Of a stretch of 64,000 bases of DNA, positions 60,383 through 64,000 are shown piece after piece (position 1 is the stretch's first letter; every line of letters begins with the position of its first letter). This DNA comes from Desulfatiglandales bacterium (lineage in GTDB: Bacteria; Desulfobacterota; DSM-4660; Desulfatiglandales; HGW-15), in NCBI GenBank assembly GCA_963667015.2, contig CAXXJJ010000001.1:2336001-2400000 (forward strand), in the 5' to 3' direction. The notes beneath the pieces were generated by a model, which saw only the letters and a program-made list of their open reading frames with translations, was not told the DNA's origin and did not search any database. A program made the translations under genes and the position numbers.

Positions 60383-61102
60383 ATGAAAAATCCAATTTAT
60401 AATCAAGTTTTTCATTTCAAACGGTTCAGCGGTCTGTTTTTGCTGATTATCCTGATCAGCGGGGGCATTGCTTTTGGCGCAGGAGGGGATAATCTGAAAA
60501 AGGGTGATGTGACGACTGATGGACTGACAGTTATAAAGTCTACCAGGCTTACGGAAACACAAATTAAAAAAGACGTTAACTGGTCAGAATATACTAAATA
60601 TCAAATCACTCCGGCCGAGGTTAGTTTTCGAAAGAACTGGAAGCGAGATCAAAATCGTGAACAGAAGAGCCTTTTGACGAAGGTAACCGATAAGGACATG
60701 TTAAGGATAAAGGAAACAGTGGCCAAAATTGTGCATGAAGAATTTGACAGGACCCTTCAGGATAAGGGCGGTTTGACAGCTACAGACGAGGCCGATTCAA
60801 ACACCCTGCTTTTTAAGCCCAGAATTATTAACCTGGACGTATATGCCCCGGATGTAGAAAGCGCGCCTCCCCTTTCCCATAACTATGTAAAACAGGCCGG
60901 TCGGGCTACATTGTTTCTGGAAGTATATGATGCTGTCAGCGGAGAAATACTCGGCCGATGGGTAGACACCCGTGAAGATTCAGACAGGGGTTATTTTGAA
61001 TGGGCGAATAGAATAACCAATGCGGAAAGGGTAAGATCTATTGTTAACCACTGGGCCAGTCGTATGGTTGAAGGGATTGATAAAATAGAGGCTGCTAATT
61101 AG
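60383..61102 (+). CDS. DUF3313-like exported protein
   Basis: T.DGL, II.LDV.APD, G.ATL.LE.YD..SG.IL.R..D pattern; GGAGGGAG RBS. Confidence 0.7.
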   Translation: MKNPIYNQVFHFKRFSGLFLLIILISGGIAFGAGGDNLKKGDVTTDGLTVIKSTRLTETQIKKDVNWSEYTKYQITPAEVSFRKNWKRDQNREQKSLLTKVTDKDMLRIKETVAKIVHEEFDRTLQDKGGLTATDEADSNTLLFKPRIINLDVYAPDVESAPPLSHNYVKQAGRATLFLEVYDAVSGEILGRWVDTREDSDRGYFEWANRITNAERVRSIVNHWASRMVEGIDKIEAAN

Positions 61103-61408
61103 TTTCCATCCATAAACGGCTCTTTTTCACAATCTCTGCGTCAATCTGCGGAATGACTTGTGCGATGTACTAAAGTACATCTCCGCGCCATTCCTTGATT
61201 TCCTTGATCTTGTAAAAAATATCTTGTTTATGAATTGGAAACTAGCAGTGCCCTTAAATAGTTTATGGATGGGCACTAGCAGTTTCCATTCATAAAAATG
61301 CTGTTTGGAAGAGCCAGCGATCAACCTTCAGTTGACAACTCAATCTCCTGAAAGCTGATCGCTGACATTGGTGGGCTAAGATCCAAAAAACAGGGTTTTG
61401 GATAAATA
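61102..61408. mobile_element. Tandem array of miniature inverted-repeat elements with IS-like ends
   Basis: A 61102-61242 (GTTTCCATCCATAAAC ... GTTTATGAATTGGAAAC); B 61248-61276 flanked by TAGCA repeats; C starts 61282 GTTTCCATTCATAAA and has an internal 17-bp IR. Confidence 0.65.
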
Positions 61409-61846
61409 TCAGTTTGGAAGCGAGGCGCTGAACATCTTCCTGCGTGAAATACTTTCAAGCAGGTCCTGGACTTCATTAACTTCCAGGGGCTTTTTAATAT
61501 AATACAGGGTCTGTTGTTTTTTATTTTTTTCCCCGATCTCATATTCGTCTGTATCGGTTGAAACAACATTGTAAGCCCCTACTACCTCTTTAATTCTTGA
61601 TATCATCTGAATACCGTCCCTGCCTGTAAGGCTCATATTGATTGTAATTAAATCATTACGGGTACTCGTTGCAGCCTGGATGGCATGCCGGTAGCATTCG
61701 GCAACAATTACCCTGTTGCCGAAACTCGAAATATTTTTTTCAAGGACAGTATTTACCTGCTTTTTATCTACAATAAGGACTGTTATTATTTCACGTCCCG
61801 GTTGTCTTTTAATTCTATTATTGGTCTGAGTGTTTAAATTTTCCAT
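61409..61846 (-). CDS. Degenerate single-domain response regulator receiver
   Basis: VLIVD, DL...M.L...DG.Q.I..IK, YI.KP; phospho-acceptor Asp appears replaced by Asn. Confidence 0.65.
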   Translation of the reverse strand: MENLNTQTNNRIKRQPGREIITVLIVDKKQVNTVLEKNISSFGNRVIVAECYRHAIQAATSTRNDLITINMSLTGRDGIQMISRIKEVVGAYNVVSTDTDEYEIGEKNKKQQTLYYIKKPLEVNEVQDLLESISRRKMFSASLPN

Positions 61847-62421
61847 AATTTAAAAAACACAATCCTTTCTAAATTTTTGAATAATGGAGAAGCATACTCA
61901 AGAAAATCAACCTTCTCTAAACGCGATGTTTCTAAATATAATAGACTGTTATGGTTAGATATAGTTCCATAAATCGTGCCAAACTGGACTGATAGGGTAT
62001 AACATGCTGATAACACATCGAAATCAGGTGATGTAGTATGGCGCTGATGTTTTTTTGGTAAAATTCCCATGGGGTAATAGGTGCTCAAAAAATGTGATAA
62101 TATGTTGTAAGTAAATGATATATCAGGCTATATCCATTAGGAGAAAAATGTTGGACATTATGGGGAAACCTTTCCCCATTAAATTGGAGGGCATAAATTT
62201 AAGGCTTCAGCCTGCTCCTTTAATATTAAATATTGATCTTAAACCCTTATTCGTATAATGATTTATTGTAGATTGATTTACCTCAGGCGGAAAAACTTTT
62301 CGCTCAAATATTGTTTTCAAATCATCTTGAAATTTTAACAGGTCACTGTTTATTCTTTAATGACACTGAACAATAAACCTGAAACCGGAGAATAAAACTT
62401 ATTTACAGTCGGAGGAGCAAT

Positions 62422-63965
62422 ATGAAATTTATTGGAAGAAGAGATTTTATTAAGGCCGCTGTTACAACCGGAATGGCTGCAGGATTAAGCCGGTTTATTC
62501 CGGGAGTATGGCTGGAATCTGCACGAGCCGCATCTCCCGGATTTTTCGATTCCGAGTTCGGTATCACCGATTCCCTGTGCCGAAAGGTCCTTGACAGGGC
62601 ACTTTCAAAGGGCGGAGACTTTGCTGATCTCTATTTTGAACATACCGTATCCAATTATGTAGGTCTTGAGGATGGTAAGGTCAACAGGGTAACGGGGAAT
62701 ATTGATCTTGGAGTGGGTATACGCACTGTAAAGGGAGACCAGACAGGATACGGCTTCACCCAGGAACTGACTGAAGAATCCATGCTGGCGGCTGCTTCAA
62801 CTGCTGCGAGCATAGCCGACGGGTCATCAAAAAAGGCAGCCAGGAAATTCATCACTCCTGTAATTAAAAATTATTATCCCCTTACAAGACTTCTTTCCGA
62901 TGTTCCGCTTTCCTCGAAACTTCCCTTTGTAAAAAGGGTGAATGAAAGATGTTTTGCCCTTTCCAGCCTTGTCACCAAGGTCAATGTTACATTCCATGAC
63001 CAGCAGAAAAGGGTACTTATCGTAAACAGTGACGGTGTGAGGGTGGATGACATTCTTCCCCTGAACTTCATCTATTCTAACGTTGTAGCAGAAAAGGATG
63101 GCAGAAAGGAAAGGTCAGGCTGGAATTTTGGAGGCAGGCATGAGTTTTCCTATTACACCAATGATGTTATGGACAGGCTGGCGGAAGAGTCGGTGTCCCG
63201 TGCATTAATTCTCTTTGATGCGGTTCAGCCGCCTGCAGGCGAAATGCCGGTAGTGCTTGGTCCGGGTATAACCGGAATCCTCCTTCACGAGGCCATAGGT
63301 CACGGTATGGAAGCTGACTTTAATCGCAAGGGCACATCGACCTATGCGGAAATGATTGGTAAGAAGGTCGCAGAACCCTTTGTGAACATATCGTCGACAA
63401 CGGCACCAATGAGCGTCAGCTCGGAGCCATTAATATAGATGATGAAGGCACTGTCTCCCGGAGTACAAACCTTGTTGAAAAAGGTATACTGACAGGCTAC
63501 CTGCATGACAGGATTTCTGCAAAACATTATAATGTCAATCCCACAGGAAACGGTCGCAGAGAGAGCTATCAATATTATCCCATGCCGAGAATGAGAAATA
63601 CATATATGCTCCCGGGCGAGACAAAGCCTGAGGATGTCATAAAATCGGTTAAAAAGGGTATTTATGTAAAAAATATGAGTAATGGAGAGGTAAAGATAGG
63701 AGAAGGTGATTTTGCCTTTTATGTATCCCAGGGAAATATGATTGAAGACGGCAGGATTACAAGACCCATAAAGGATGTGAACATCATGGGAAACGGCCCC
63801 AGGATGCTGCAGAATATTACAATGGTTGCCGATGACCTGGAAATGTATCAGGGCGGAACCGGAAGGTGCGGTAAAAACGGCCAGAGTGTACCGGTTTCCT
63901 TTGGACTGCCCACCTGTCTGGTAAAATCCATGACAGTGGGCGGCCTGCAAAAACAGGGGGCGTAA
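62422..63965 (+). pseudogene. tldD: TldD family metalloprotease with Tat signal, split by a 2-nt insertion (real or error)
   Basis: GRRDFIK signal, ADLYFE, HEAIGHG.EADF; after extra AT at about 63388 continues IVDNGT..DDEG..GNGRR..MPRMRNT..CGK.GQSVPV. Confidence 0.88.
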
Positions 63966-63967
63966 TT

Positions 63968-64000
63968 ATGAGTAAAGAGATGATTGATATATGTGAGTCT
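63968..64000 (+). CDS. Start of next gene, probably TldE/PmbA partner (truncated by window)
   Basis: ATG 2 nt after tldD stop; identity inferred only from usual tldD-tldE pairing. Confidence 0.35.
   Translation, partial: MSKEMIDICES

Overview
A gene-dense 64-kb bacterial chromosomal window. Gene content (four-subunit 2-oxoacid:ferredoxin oxidoreductase, HypAB, polyferredoxin-type proteins, HDOD protein, CFI-box C-terminal tail, sigma54-like motifs) points to an anaerobic Desulfobacterota-like (deltaproteobacterial) organism; this is inference. Main blocks, left to right: sulfatase + TRAP transporter; TonB-TPR and S9 peptidase; a soxBDAG-type heterotetrameric sarcosine-oxidase-family operon; a patchwork of accessory genes (WD40-DUF2938 fusion, DUF2975/HTH pair, attC-like remnant, plant-type LRR protein, decayed ParE toxin module); a 12-kb anaerobic catabolic cluster (MFS, SnoaL-like, LDH/MDH-like, two OYE-type flavoenzymes, acyl-adenylating ligase, OFOR gamma-delta-alpha-beta); a pseudokinase-HDOD protein; hypAB; a BlaI / BlaR1-like (M56) module whose sensor domain is duplicated as two stand-alone downstream genes; an intact ISNCY-type IS; an array of miniature elements sharing its ends; and a Tat-signal TldD with a frameshift. 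No rRNA, tRNA or CRISPR array was seen. Best candidates for an undescribed system: the BlaI-M56-paralog module (51.3-55.6 kb) and the catabolic cluster (29.3-41.6 kb). Family assignments come from motif recognition, not database searches.
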